Both the position numbers and the translations under genes were made by a program. From a candidate division FCPU426 bacterium (GTDB lineage: Bacteria; Oederibacteriota; JAAXVQ01; JAUVAV01), in assembly GCA_040756875.1 (NCBI GenBank), contig JBFLYH010000001.1, forward strand, positions 1,516,399 to 1,580,398: a stretch of DNA of 64,000 nucleotides. Reading direction: 5' to 3'. The notes under the pieces are model-generated. The model did no database searches. It had not been told where the DNA came from and saw only the letters and a program-made list of their open reading frames with translations. Below, piece after piece: positions 17,186 through 26,786 of the stretch (within the stretch, counting starts at the first letter, position 1; each line of letters opens with the position of its first letter).

Positions 17186-20100
17186 ATGCGTCTGACCAGA
17201 ATGATCGCGCTTGTGACCGCCTGCTGGATGCTGCTGCCGCACCTGCAATGGGCGTTTGCCGAAACCACTTATGCCCCGCCCGCAGATGCGTCCCTGCCTT
17301 CGGACGCGCCTCCGCCTTCGGTTTCATCCCTGCTCCTGAGCATTCCGCCTGCCTTGGGAACCATCGCCAGCCAATGGACGCCTGCGCCGGGCAAAACCAG
17401 CCGGCCCGGTTTGCTGGTCGTGCACATTCAGGACCTGCACTGCCATGCCGAGGCGCAAAAACGCATTGCGGATCTGCTTGCCTATCTGGCGCGGGTCAAC
17501 GGACTGGTCCTGGTGGGCGTGGAAGGCAGCGCCGGTGCGCTGGATGTCGGCAAGCTCGCTGCTTTTCCCGACGCCGGAGCCAAAAGCGAAATCGGGCTGG
17601 CCCTCCTCCGGCAAGGCCGGTTGAGCGGGCCTGAATTTGCCGCGGCGGCCGGTCCAGCAACCTTGCGCCTGGAGGGCGTGGAAAACGCCGCGCTGTATGC
17701 AGCCAGCGAATCCTGTCTGGACCAATTTCTATCCGAGGAATCCCAGGGAACCATCGCCGATCTGCGCGATGCGCTGGAATCGCTGAAAGCCCGGGAATTC
17801 AACCCCAACCTGGCAGACCTCGACCGCCAACGCTCCGCCTTTCTGCGCGGAAATCTTGACGGCCTCGCCTATGCCGAGTGGCTCAAGCGCGCGGCCCGTC
17901 AGGCGCCGGGACTGGAGCCTGACGCTCTGCAAACCGCCCTCGGCCTGCGGGCTCCGGACGGGCCGGAAAATGAAGAAGCCTTCCTGGCCCAGGCCGAAAC
18001 CGTGGACCAGGCACTGAGGCTGCGATGGTTCCAGCGGGACTTTGAACGGCAATTGGACGCTGCCGGCCGTTTTCTGGAAACCGCGGAAAAGCTGCTCGCC
18101 ATTTCCGCCACGGCGCGGGAACTGCGTTGGTTCAGACACCAGCCCTGGGAACGCAGCTGGCAGGAGCTGCAAAACCTGTGGACCGAGGCTCAGACAGGTT
18201 TGGGGGCGGAGTTGCCCGCGGCCAGGCGCGCGCTCGAGGCAGCCGATCGTTTTTACCGCCTGGCCGACCAGCGCAGCGATTACTTGGCGGACAATCTCGC
18301 GGCTGCCGCGCAGGGCCAGGGCGTCCGGCTGGCGGCCCTGGTCACCGGCGGTTATCACACCGAACAGGTGCTGGCCCGGCTGCGGGCCCACGGCATTGCC
18401 TATGCCAGCATCAGGCCGCGGCTGACGCGCTGGGAGGACCCATCGCCGTATTACTCGCTGCTGCGCCGGACTCCCGGACCCCTGGACCGCTTTCTCGGCG
18501 GGCAATCAGGGGCTTTTGCGCCGGCTTCCCTCTTCCCAACTGGTCCGGCGGAAAGCAGTGCGGCTGACGAGAACCTGCCGGAACCCAAACGCAGCCAGGC
18601 TTTGCGCCTGGACCTCGGGCTTAAACTCGCGGCCTTATGGTCCCTGGCCAGGCGCTGGGGCGCATGGGATCCCGACCGGGTCAAACGGGCCTTTCGCGGC
18701 CTGGTCTCCCGCTATCCGCGCAACAACCCGCGCCTTGTCCCCCGACTCGATGCCGCCCGCCAGGACGCAACTTCCCTGGCGGTTCCCTTCCAAATCGGCG
18801 ATTCACAGCTGTGGGCTGTGTTGGAGCCGCAGACGCAGGCGGAATCGCCTGCCGCCGAGCCCGCGCTCGAGGAGATGCGCGGCCCCGGCTTGCGGATTCG
18901 CCTGCTGGGCCGGCAGCCTGCTTTAGCGTCCTGGGCGCGCCGCAGGGCCGAGGTGGCCGCGCGCTTGCGCGCCTGGTGGGGCCAGACGCTGCGGCAAGCC
19001 CTGGACCTGGCCTGGTCCGCCGCCCTCATGGCGCCCTCGCTCGCCCAGCCCCTGCTTCTGTTCGGCCTGCTCTGGCTCGCTCCGTTCGACGACTACTCGG
19101 TTCCACTCGCCGCAGCCGGTCTGTTCCCCATTGCTTCGCTGAAGCCTGAACGGCCGTTCCAGCCGCCTGTGCTCAAGCCCGGCCTGCTCTTCCGGCTTCC
19201 CAGGCAGGGCGTATTCATCATCACCCGCGTGACCGCGTCTCCGGACCGGGTTGAATTCAAATCCATCTCCGGCCAGGGCCAGTCCGTGGTCAGGCCCTCG
19301 ACCTGGTTTTACAACCAGCCAGGCCTGGTTTTTTTCCCCGAACACTCCGCTTCATCGCGCTGGATCAACTGGGGGGCCTATGCGCTCTTTTTGCTGATCA
19401 TCGCCTGGATGCTGGTGTCATGGATCTTCGAGCGCCCGCAGATCAGCCAAAACCAGCGCCAGGAAACCGAAGTCCAAACCCAGGCCCCGGCCCAGGCGCC
19501 GCGGCAGGCAACCGCTCCCCGCGAGCCCGAAACCCTGCGCATCGCTCCCAGGCTTCCGGCTGAGCTCCAGCCGCTGGTTTCCTGTCCGGCCCTGCCTGAT
19601 TCTCTCCTGTCCCGCGAGAATCTGACCGGGCAGTTTTTTCCGGTCGAATACGTCATGTTGAGGGATCTTTTCGCGGTGTTGTGCAACCTCAACGCTTTGT
19701 CGCCCGACCGGACCCGGAAAGGCCTCAGCCTGATCGCCCGGATCGACGGAGCCATCAACCAGGTCAATTTCGAACCGGACTGGGAGCAGCATCGGGGTCT
19801 ACTGGAACTGACCCAGCGCTCGTACGCCGTCGAAATCCAGCCTGAGGAACCAAACCCCGCGCTTGACGAACTGTACGCCGTGCTGGCCAAGTCCATCGGC
19901 CAGTTGCGGGAACTCGTCACGACCGCGAACGCGGGAACGGAAATGGCCCAAGTCAATCAGGAACGGCGGGAAGCGGTCAGGCAGTTGCAGCGGGAGGAGA
20001 ACGAAATCAACGACGCGGAATACAAGCGCCTCAATCAGGAACTCACGGATCGCATCAACGACCTGCGCAGCCAGGGCATCGAAGACGCCTACATCGCCGA

Positions 20101-20785
20101 CCTGCTGGGCTTGAAAGGCATTGCCCGCAACCTGTTCCTGACCCTGGGATACATCCTGGACGGTCTGGAAAACAACCAGGCCCAATGGCGGCAGGCGGTG
20201 GCGTATCTGTACGAGCAGCGCACGCGGCGGCATTACCCAGGTTCCGAACAATTCTGGCCGGATGTCAACCGGCTCGCTGAGATCGTGTTGAATCCGCGGG
20301 CCACCCCGGAGCAGCTCCAGGAAATCAAAATGGAGCTCGATCTCTTTTTCACCGAAGTCAGTTTCGGTTACTGGAAAACGCCGGACAACCAAAGCTCCCT
20401 GCCCACCGCGCCCGGCCGCCAGCGGGCCTGGAACTCGCTCGGGGCGGTTTCACTGCCGTTCGTGACCGGCCTGGCGGCCCTTTTCACGGCTTGGTTCGGA
20501 CTGGCTCTGCCGCTCGGACTGTGGGCCGGGCTCGGCCTGCCGCTGTCCCTGGCTGCGGGTTTGGTGCTGGGCGGCGCCCTGGTGGGTGCCTGGTGGTCTG
20601 CCCTGAAGCGGGTTGATGCGCGGGAGGGGAAAGGATTGCAAACCGCGGTCTTGCTGCCGAAAGCGCCCTGGCTCGTACGCGCGGGCGGAGCGCTCTCGGG
20701 CTGGCGCCGGCTGCCCGGCGGCTGGTGGAACCGGCACCGCTTGCGCATGCCTTTTAAGCTGCGTTCGGTTGATCAGGCGATTTGA
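17186..20785 (+). CDS. Large modular exported/membrane protein with an N-terminal HIQDLH...VEG...GGYH domain
   Basis: 1199-aa ORF from ATG 17186; signal peptide, conserved-looking N-terminal domain, internal TMs, coiled coil and C-terminal TM pair. Confidence 0.75.
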   Translation: MRLTRMIALVTACWMLLPHLQWAFAETTYAPPADASLPSDAPPPSVSSLLLSIPPALGTIASQWTPAPGKTSRPGLLVVHIQDLHCHAEAQKRIADLLAYLARVNGLVLVGVEGSAGALDVGKLAAFPDAGAKSEIGLALLRQGRLSGPEFAAAAGPATLRLEGVENAALYAASESCLDQFLSEESQGTIADLRDALESLKAREFNPNLADLDRQRSAFLRGNLDGLAYAEWLKRAARQAPGLEPDALQTALGLRAPDGPENEEAFLAQAETVDQALRLRWFQRDFERQLDAAGRFLETAEKLLAISATARELRWFRHQPWERSWQELQNLWTEAQTGLGAELPAARRALEAADRFYRLADQRSDYLADNLAAAAQGQGVRLAALVTGGYHTEQVLARLRAHGIAYASIRPRLTRWEDPSPYYSLLRRTPGPLDRFLGGQSGAFAPASLFPTGPAESSAADENLPEPKRSQALRLDLGLKLAALWSLARRWGAWDPDRVKRAFRGLVSRYPRNNPRLVPRLDAARQDATSLAVPFQIGDSQLWAVLEPQTQAESPAAEPALEEMRGPGLRIRLLGRQPALASWARRRAEVAARLRAWWGQTLRQALDLAWSAALMAPSLAQPLLLFGLLWLAPFDDYSVPLAAAGLFPIASLKPERPFQPPVLKPGLLFRLPRQGVFIITRVTASPDRVEFKSISGQGQSVVRPSTWFYNQPGLVFFPEHSASSRWINWGAYALFLLIIAWMLVSWIFERPQISQNQRQETEVQTQAPAQAPRQATAPREPETLRIAPRLPAELQPLVSCPALPDSLLSRENLTGQFFPVEYVMLRDLFAVLCNLNALSPDRTRKGLSLIARIDGAINQVNFEPDWEQHRGLLELTQRSYAVEIQPEEPNPALDELYAVLAKSIGQLRELVTTANAGTEMAQVNQERREAVRQLQREENEINDAEYKRLNQELTDRINDLRSQGIEDAYIADLLGLKGIARNLFLTLGYILDGLENNQAQWRQAVAYLYEQRTRRHYPGSEQFWPDVNRLAEIVLNPRATPEQLQEIKMELDLFFTEVSFGYWKTPDNQSSLPTAPGRQRAWNSLGAVSLPFVTGLAALFTAWFGLALPLGLWAGLGLPLSLAAGLVLGGALVGAWWSALKRVDAREGKGLQTAVLLPKAPWLVRAGGALSGWRRLPGGWWNRHRLRMPFKLRSVDQAI

Positions 20786-20821
20786 ACCGGCGTTCCTGCG
20801 AAATTCCAAAATCCCGCGGTA

Positions 20822-21202
20822 TTAACTCCCCTGGTTGAGCCACAACTGCTCGAACCATTTCAGGAACTCGAGGGAATCGGGCGTGATGTCCGTGAACTCC
20901 AGGCCGGCTTTGAAGGGTTTGGGCGCTTGGGGAGGGTTTTCGGTGATCCAGACCACGCGGGCGTGCGCCTGGATAGTGCGGACGCTTTTGCCTTCGGACA
21001 GGGACAGGCTGAGGCTGAGGCGCTGGTTGATGTCCAATTTTTCCGACACGTAAATCTGCAAGCCGCCGCGCGAGGCGTCCTGGGTCAGGCCTTCGCCGAA
21101 GCGCGTATGGTCGTCCACCTGATAGCGGAAAGGCAGGTGGATGACAAAACGCGGAAAGGTGCGGCGTTCAAATTCGACTTCCCCGTATTTCGACTCGGTC
21201 AT
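20822..21202 (-). CDS. Stand-alone PilZ domain protein
   Basis: RRTFPR (RxxxR) and DASRGG (DxSxxG). Confidence 0.9.
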   Translation of the reverse strand: MTESKYGEVEFERRTFPRFVIHLPFRYQVDDHTRFGEGLTQDASRGGLQIYVSEKLDINQRLSLSLSLSEGKSVRTIQAHARVVWITENPPQAPKPFKAGLEFTDITPDSLEFLKWFEQLWLNQGS

Positions 21203-21278
21203 GTCCTGCTCCTGGATGCCACAGCATCGTTTGTTTGCGGCCGGGCCCTGACCCCCTCTGCGCCGAAACCCGCGGCCC

Positions 21279-21653
21279 TCAAGCCGGCTGCTCTTCCTGC
21301 CAATACTTGATGAATTGGCGCCACAAGCCTTCGGTTTCCGGGCTCAGGTCAATGAACTGCAGGCCGGCCTGACACATCCAGCCGCCCTCGAACTCGCCTT
21401 CCTTGACCCAGGCCACCTTGGCCCGCGCGCGGCACAGCTTCCGTTCCTCGCCGACCGGCAGCAGAATCGTAACTTCCAGGACGTCGCCCTGGGCCACCAG
21501 CTTGGGGAGCAGCGCCATAATCCCGCCGATGGACACGTTCTGGGAGACGCCTTCGGGCGTAAATGCGCCGGTGGATTGGTATGCCAGCGGAAGAGAAAAA
21601 TCCATGCGCGGATAGTGACGACGGTCGAATTGAGCGCTGCCGAACCCTTTCAT
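21279..21653 (-). CDS. Stand-alone PilZ domain protein
   Basis: RRHYPR and NVSIGG; GGAGG RBS before ATG 21653. Confidence 0.9.
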   Translation of the reverse strand: MKGFGSAQFDRRHYPRMDFSLPLAYQSTGAFTPEGVSQNVSIGGIMALLPKLVAQGDVLEVTILLPVGEERKLCRARAKVAWVKEGEFEGGWMCQAGLQFIDLSPETEGLWRQFIKYWQEEQPA

Positions 21654-21738
21654 GCCTTCCTCCCGGTCTTTTACAGGCAACCACAAAGGGCCTAGAGACC
21701 AACCGTCTCTCTGCGTTCTTTGGGGTCCGTTTTTAACC

Positions 21739-22182
21739 TCATGTATACAACTGCGAATTCGGCTGATCCAGCTGGAATTCCACCAGGAACTCCTTCAGCC
21801 ACTTGCGGTGATTCTGTTCCAAGTCCAGGAACTGCACGCCAGCCAAAAAGCCGTTGCTCGGCGCCGCGGCGCTCCACGCCACCCGCGAGAGGATTTCCAC
21901 GCGCTGGCATTCCTCCTCCGGGCAGGTGAGATGCTCCATGGCGGGCTGGCGCCGGTCCTGAGGAGGCAGAAACAGGGTCAGCATCAGGACCTGGTCCGCT
22001 TTCAGGGGCTGATGGGTGCGCAGCAGCAAGCCGCCTGCGCCCAGGTCTTCCGCCAGGTCCGAACGCACGGTTGAAACATGGTCGCGCTCCAGGCAGCGGT
22101 AAGTGACTTTCAACTTGATCGGCCGGCGCACGAATTTACGCCGCTCGGCGCCGGTCTCGCCGTTGAACACCGCATCAGGCAT
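21739..22182 (-). CDS. Stand-alone PilZ domain protein
   Basis: RRKFVR and DLGAGG; AGGAGG RBS before ATG 22182. Confidence 0.85.
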   Translation of the reverse strand: MPDAVFNGETGAERRKFVRRPIKLKVTYRCLERDHVSTVRSDLAEDLGAGGLLLRTHQPLKADQVLMLTLFLPPQDRRQPAMEHLTCPEEECQRVEILSRVAWSAAAPSNGFLAGVQFLDLEQNHRKWLKEFLVEFQLDQPNSQLYT

Positions 22183-22195
22183 AGGCGCTTCCCTC

Positions 22196-25100
22196 CTACG
22201 GTTTGGGAGCCGGGGACCCCGATTCCGGCACGTCGGCGATCTGGAGCAACACGGCGCCCGACCATTGCCAATCACCTCCGGGCAGTTCGAGCACCAGACG
22301 GCCGTGATCTTTGGCCCATACCCAGTTCGGCCACGAACCAAGGCGGAACACATAAGGCCGCGCCACGGCCGAGGCCCGCAGGGTGAAGGTCACGCGCTGG
22401 CCGGAGTCTAAAGGCCCCCAGGCGAGCGTCGCAGTCCGGCCGGCCAGGGTTTCGGGCACCGCCAGCTTAAGGACCAGGACATTGCCTTTGGAATCGGCAT
22501 TGGCCGCGAGGTTCAAGGCCAGGCGCACCGGCGCACCGGACGGCCCGATGCTCAGACTCTCCGCTTCGGCGGTCACGGTCAGTCCGGCGGGTTCGACCGC
22601 TCCTGCACCCGCAGCCGGCGCGTAGCGGGCCAGCGCGCCGCCCTGGCTGGGATCATACTTGCTTTGCCCGCCCCAGTACGCGGGCAGGCCGAACAACGGC
22701 AGGGGCTTCATCCAGGCTGCCACCGCCGCCGGCTCGGGTCCGAATCCTTCCTGGCGGGGCAGCAACAGCACATTGTCGCCGACCACGGCCGACGGCACGT
22801 AGGTCTTCAGCAGGTATTCAGCCACCGCGTACTGCCGGACCACGGGTGAAACCGCATCCAGCGAAGCAGGGTCAGCCTCCGGCGGCGCCGTGATGACGGC
22901 CTTGACCGGCGAACTGCTCAAGGCCCTGATCACCTCCAGCTGTTGCGTCAGGCTGGCCTGTTCGAGGGTGGAGAGGGCGCTGACCACGGGCAGCCGCGGC
23001 ACCAGGAAATACCACAACGGCTGGTTGGAAAAATCGTAGAACGGCTCCCCGGTCCCGACCTGGCCTTCGAGGTACGATGCCACCTGGTCCAGGGCCTCGG
23101 CCTGCTTGGCCGGCAAAAAGGTTTTTTGCAGCCGCTCGGTCTTGCCCTGGCTCAATCCGTCCACGGTCAGGCGGGTTTTATCGGCAAAGCCGCCGATCCA
23201 GTCGACCAGCGGCCGGCCGCCCGGATAAGGCAGAAACGCCGGCACCAACGCCAGCGCAAAAACCAGGGACCTGAGCCGCCGCTGCCGGCGCGACAGTTGA
23301 TAGAGGAAAAATGCCAGCAACATGGCGGCCAGAGGCAGCGCGTCCTGCAGAAACGCCCAGTCGCCACGTCCGAGGAAGCGCATCCAAAACCAACCGGTCA
23401 GCACCAACAGCAGCAGCACGTTCCACGGCGGCGTCCCGCCTTCGTTCTGGCTGCGCCACTCGGCGAACCAAACCAGGACGCCCGTTGCCAGCAAAAGCGG
23501 GGGCAGCAGGAAGGCCAGTTGCGCCCCCAAACCGGGCGCCGCACCCCAGGCGGGCAGCGGCAGCCCGAAAACCGGGCCGTAAGCCTGCAGCACCCAGGCA
23601 AAGTTCTGGAAATACGCACCCAGGCTGCCGCTCATGGCCAGGTACAGCCACCACGGCAGGGAGATCACGGCCACGCCCGCCAGGTACAAACCAAAATGCA
23701 AGGTCCGTTCCCGCCATTCCTTCAAGCCTGTAAGCACATAAACGGCCAGCAGCACCACTTGCCCGCCGAAAGCCAGCAGGCCTGCGGTGTAGGACGCGAG
23801 CAGCGACAGGATCGTGAAGAGCGCGGACAGCAGCAGCACGGGCCAGCGCGGCCGCTGCAGGTAATAGAGGGTGAAGATGAACCCCACCAGCGGGAAAAAG
23901 AACCGCGCCTGGGGAATCGTACCCGCGGCGCCGGTGAGCATCACCAGCGCATACAGCAAGGCCCAGGGCCAGGGCAGGCAAAAAATGGAAAGCAGGTACA
24001 GCGCCATCAACCCGAACGGTGCCAGATAATTCAGCCACAGGCGGAACGCGCCTACCGTGGGGCCGAGCCAGCTGATCGCGGTCAGGCTGCTGACCACATC
24101 CGTCAAAAACCCGTGGCGCAGCAGGATTTCCTTGAACGGCAGGTGCCCGAGAAGCGCGGCTTGCGCGACCCCCAGGGCTTCCCCGTCCTTCCACAAATCC
24201 AGCGCTCCCAAGACTTTGGACTGACTGTAAGCTCCGCCCGCCGGCCAGAAAGCCACGGCCAGCAACAGGCAGGGAATGGCCAGGATCAGCATCAGGGCGC
24301 GGAACAGCTCTTCCCAGGCAGGTGACAATTCCACGGGCAGGCGCCGCAGCCGCAGCAAAGCCAGTATGAGCACGGCCAGCAGCCCCGCGCCGGCAGCCAG
24401 AAGCAGCCACAGGCCCAGCGAGCCGAGCGCATGCTGCCCCACTTCCTGGCCTTGCGCCAGATACTGCACGCCGCTGAAGGTATTGAGGGGAAGAATAGCC
24501 AGAGGCAGGAACGCCAGGGCCAGGGCCAGGTAGATTTGGTCAAACGTGTGGCGGCGAAACACCCAGCTCAGGACCCAGGCCAGGAGCAGCGAACCCAGCC
24601 AGCCCAGCAGCCCGAATCCGGCGGGCAGCCACAATCCCGGAACCGGAGCGTAGCCCAGGGATTGCACGAACCACCCTACGCCGCCGAACAGGGCGATGAC
24701 CGCTCCGAACGTAAACAGTCCCAGGGGATGATACTCCGTTTCCGTGGGATGAGCGATGAACAGTTTGCGCTTGTCCCGTTGTTCGCCCAGTGCAGCCAGG
24801 AAAAATCCCAGAACCAGCAGGGCGAAAGCCGCGGCTGAATAGGGAAGCTCGGAACGGCCTTGCAGCAGAAACGTGATCTGCGGGAAAAAAGCGGCGTACG
24901 CCATGGCGGCGCGCTTCAAAGCCGTGGCAGCAGGCAAAGGCGCGATCAAACGCTGAGTTTGCGCAATCAGCAGCCACAGCCATTGGGCCACCCAGGCGCC
25001 GGCAATGCCGGCTGCGATTAGGAGCCAGGCTTTCGCCGGACCGCCGGCCACGGGCAAGCCCAGGGCCGCAGGCCCTACGATCCCATCCTGATCCGGAACC

Positions 25101-25240
25101 GGCCATTGCCAGCCTGCGAACGCCATCCAACCCAGGGCGATGCCGGCCACCAAGCCGGCCACCAGCACGAGCCCGCGATGGATGAACAAATCCTCGGAAA
25201 AAGCGGTCTCCCGGATCGGGTGGGCAACGGTTTCGCTCAT
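22196..25240 (-). CDS. Large polytopic membrane protein, possibly GT-C glycosyltransferase-like
   Basis: Many TM helices followed by a soluble C-terminal domain (PFYDFSNQPLWYFL). Function is inferred only. Confidence 0.55.
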   Translation of the reverse strand: MSETVAHPIRETAFSEDLFIHRGLVLVAGLVAGIALGWMAFAGWQWPVPDQDGIVGPAALGLPVAGGPAKAWLLIAAGIAGAWVAQWLWLLIAQTQRLIAPLPAATALKRAAMAYAAFFPQITFLLQGRSELPYSAAAFALLVLGFFLAALGEQRDKRKLFIAHPTETEYHPLGLFTFGAVIALFGGVGWFVQSLGYAPVPGLWLPAGFGLLGWLGSLLLAWVLSWVFRRHTFDQIYLALALAFLPLAILPLNTFSGVQYLAQGQEVGQHALGSLGLWLLLAAGAGLLAVLILALLRLRRLPVELSPAWEELFRALMLILAIPCLLLAVAFWPAGGAYSQSKVLGALDLWKDGEALGVAQAALLGHLPFKEILLRHGFLTDVVSSLTAISWLGPTVGAFRLWLNYLAPFGLMALYLLSIFCLPWPWALLYALVMLTGAAGTIPQARFFFPLVGFIFTLYYLQRPRWPVLLLSALFTILSLLASYTAGLLAFGGQVVLLAVYVLTGLKEWRERTLHFGLYLAGVAVISLPWWLYLAMSGSLGAYFQNFAWVLQAYGPVFGLPLPAWGAAPGLGAQLAFLLPPLLLATGVLVWFAEWRSQNEGGTPPWNVLLLLVLTGWFWMRFLGRGDWAFLQDALPLAAMLLAFFLYQLSRRQRRLRSLVFALALVPAFLPYPGGRPLVDWIGGFADKTRLTVDGLSQGKTERLQKTFLPAKQAEALDQVASYLEGQVGTGEPFYDFSNQPLWYFLVPRLPVVSALSTLEQASLTQQLEVIRALSSSPVKAVITAPPEADPASLDAVSPVVRQYAVAEYLLKTYVPSAVVGDNVLLLPRQEGFGPEPAAVAAWMKPLPLFGLPAYWGGQSKYDPSQGGALARYAPAAGAGAVEPAGLTVTAEAESLSIGPSGAPVRLALNLAANADSKGNVLVLKLAVPETLAGRTATLAWGPLDSGQRVTFTLRASAVARPYVFRLGSWPNWVWAKDHGRLVLELPGGDWQWSGAVLLQIADVPESGSPAPKP

Positions 25241-25291
25241 AACCTATTCTCCCTTCGGGCTGTAGCCGATCGTTTTCTGTTCGGGATGGGA

Positions 25292-26185
25292 TTATTTAAA
25301 GACGTCGATTCCGGTATAAGCCTTAACATTGACCGGCATGCCGGCGACGAACAACTGATAATACAGGCGCTTCCCAACCGCCGCGCCCCCCGTGCTTCCC
25401 ACCGAACCCAGCCGGTCTCCGCGCATGACGGTCTGGCCGGCTTTAACGTCCAGATTCTTCAAGTGGCAATAAAGCGTGGCAAACGAAAAGCCGTGGTCGA
25501 TCAAAACCGTATTACCGAGCATGGGCAGGTTCTCTGCCAGCCGGATCAGCCCGTCGGCCGCGGCGTTGACTTCCACGGCCGTGGCGCTGACAGGGATGAT
25601 CTCCAGCCCTTCCAGCGCGACTTCGGCCTTGCCCGCGTACTCCCGGCGCATGCCGAACTCCGAAACGATCTCACCGCCCAGAGGCAGCAGCAGATCCTGC
25701 AGTTTGACAGCCTTGAATTTCGACTTGGCCAGCATCTGCTGGATCCGCATCCGGTCCACCACATATTGCTCGGCGTTGAACTTTTTGCCGGGAACCGTCT
25801 GGAGGGGGCGGGGCAGAAAATCAGGCAGGATTTGGATCTGAAATTCCTCGCGGACCTGTGCCGCCTTTTTTTCCCGCGGCCGGAAGGTAAAGGTCAGCGG
25901 ATAGGCACCGGGGTCCACCTTGGCCACGGGCACGAAGGCAGTGTAGGTTCCTGGCGCGAGATCGCGCCGGGGATAAAGCCGGTAGGTGCGGTCGATAAAC
26001 CGGAGGGACCCGTTGCGGATGTCCTGAGGCAGCACCACGCCCAGGCTCAGCACATCGCCGGGCGAGGCCTGGTCTTGGGGAATAATATATTGAATCTTCT
26101 GGGCCAGCCGCTCGCTGACCGAGGCGCAACCGGCAATAGCCGCCAAGGCCAGAACAACCAGGGTACGGAGAATATGGTTTCGCAC
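25292..26185 (-). CDS. M23/LytM-family lipoprotein with degenerate active site
   Basis: Lipobox IAGC; SEFG.RR, GNTVLIDHG and YCHL motifs. HxxxD is replaced by LEGLE and HxH by RLY. Confidence 0.85.
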   Translation of the reverse strand: MRNHILRTLVVLALAAIAGCASVSERLAQKIQYIIPQDQASPGDVLSLGVVLPQDIRNGSLRFIDRTYRLYPRRDLAPGTYTAFVPVAKVDPGAYPLTFTFRPREKKAAQVREEFQIQILPDFLPRPLQTVPGKKFNAEQYVVDRMRIQQMLAKSKFKAVKLQDLLLPLGGEIVSEFGMRREYAGKAEVALEGLEIIPVSATAVEVNAAADGLIRLAENLPMLGNTVLIDHGFSFATLYCHLKNLDVKAGQTVMRGDRLGSVGSTGGAAVGKRLYYQLFVAGMPVNVKAYTGIDVFK

Positions 26186-26378
26186 TTGGTGTGGACTCCT
26201 TCACCGGTATGTTTTTCGGCGGGCCGCTGCAGACCAGACGCCGCAAAACAAGCTGATTTTAAAGGATATTTCTCCGGCGGCAAGCAGCGCCCCCCGGCGT
26301 TTCAGTTCATTCGTTCCATAGTATTATATTCGGACGCCTGTGGCAAACGTCAAGTCCATTTTACCGCGTTTACAGGGT

Positions 26379-26762
26379 TTAATGTTCCTCTAATTCAATG
26401 GCTTTCTGGCGGTAATAGGAATCCATGACCGCCTTGACTTCTGTGCGCAAGGCGTGTTCGCGGGCTTTGGAGGAAGCCTCGAATTTCATGCCGTACTGGT
26501 ACATCAGCGGGCCGGCGTTCCGGACCCAGCGGACCATGCCGCGCACTTCCAGCGGTTCCCGGTTCTCCAGCGTGGGCAGAAAGATGGTAATGCGGTCGTT
26601 CACCTTGAGTTTCAAGGGCGATCGCAGCCCAATGCCATCCTCCGACAAGTTTTGTATATCCGCAAACACCGCCATGTGGATGTCCCCGGCCTCGGGCAGC
26701 ACTTCGGTCCGGACCCGAAAAGCCGGTTTCACGCGCAAGGATCGTCTGCGTTCCTCGCCCAT
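26379..26762 (-). CDS. Stand-alone PilZ domain protein
   Basis: RRRSLR and NLSEDG; VRWVR...YGMKF. Confidence 0.88.
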   Translation of the reverse strand: MGEERRRSLRVKPAFRVRTEVLPEAGDIHMAVFADIQNLSEDGIGLRSPLKLKVNDRITIFLPTLENREPLEVRGMVRWVRNAGPLMYQYGMKFEASSKAREHALRTEVKAVMDSYYRQKAIELEEH

Positions 26763-26786
26763 GGAAACACCTCCGCTGACTGGCGC

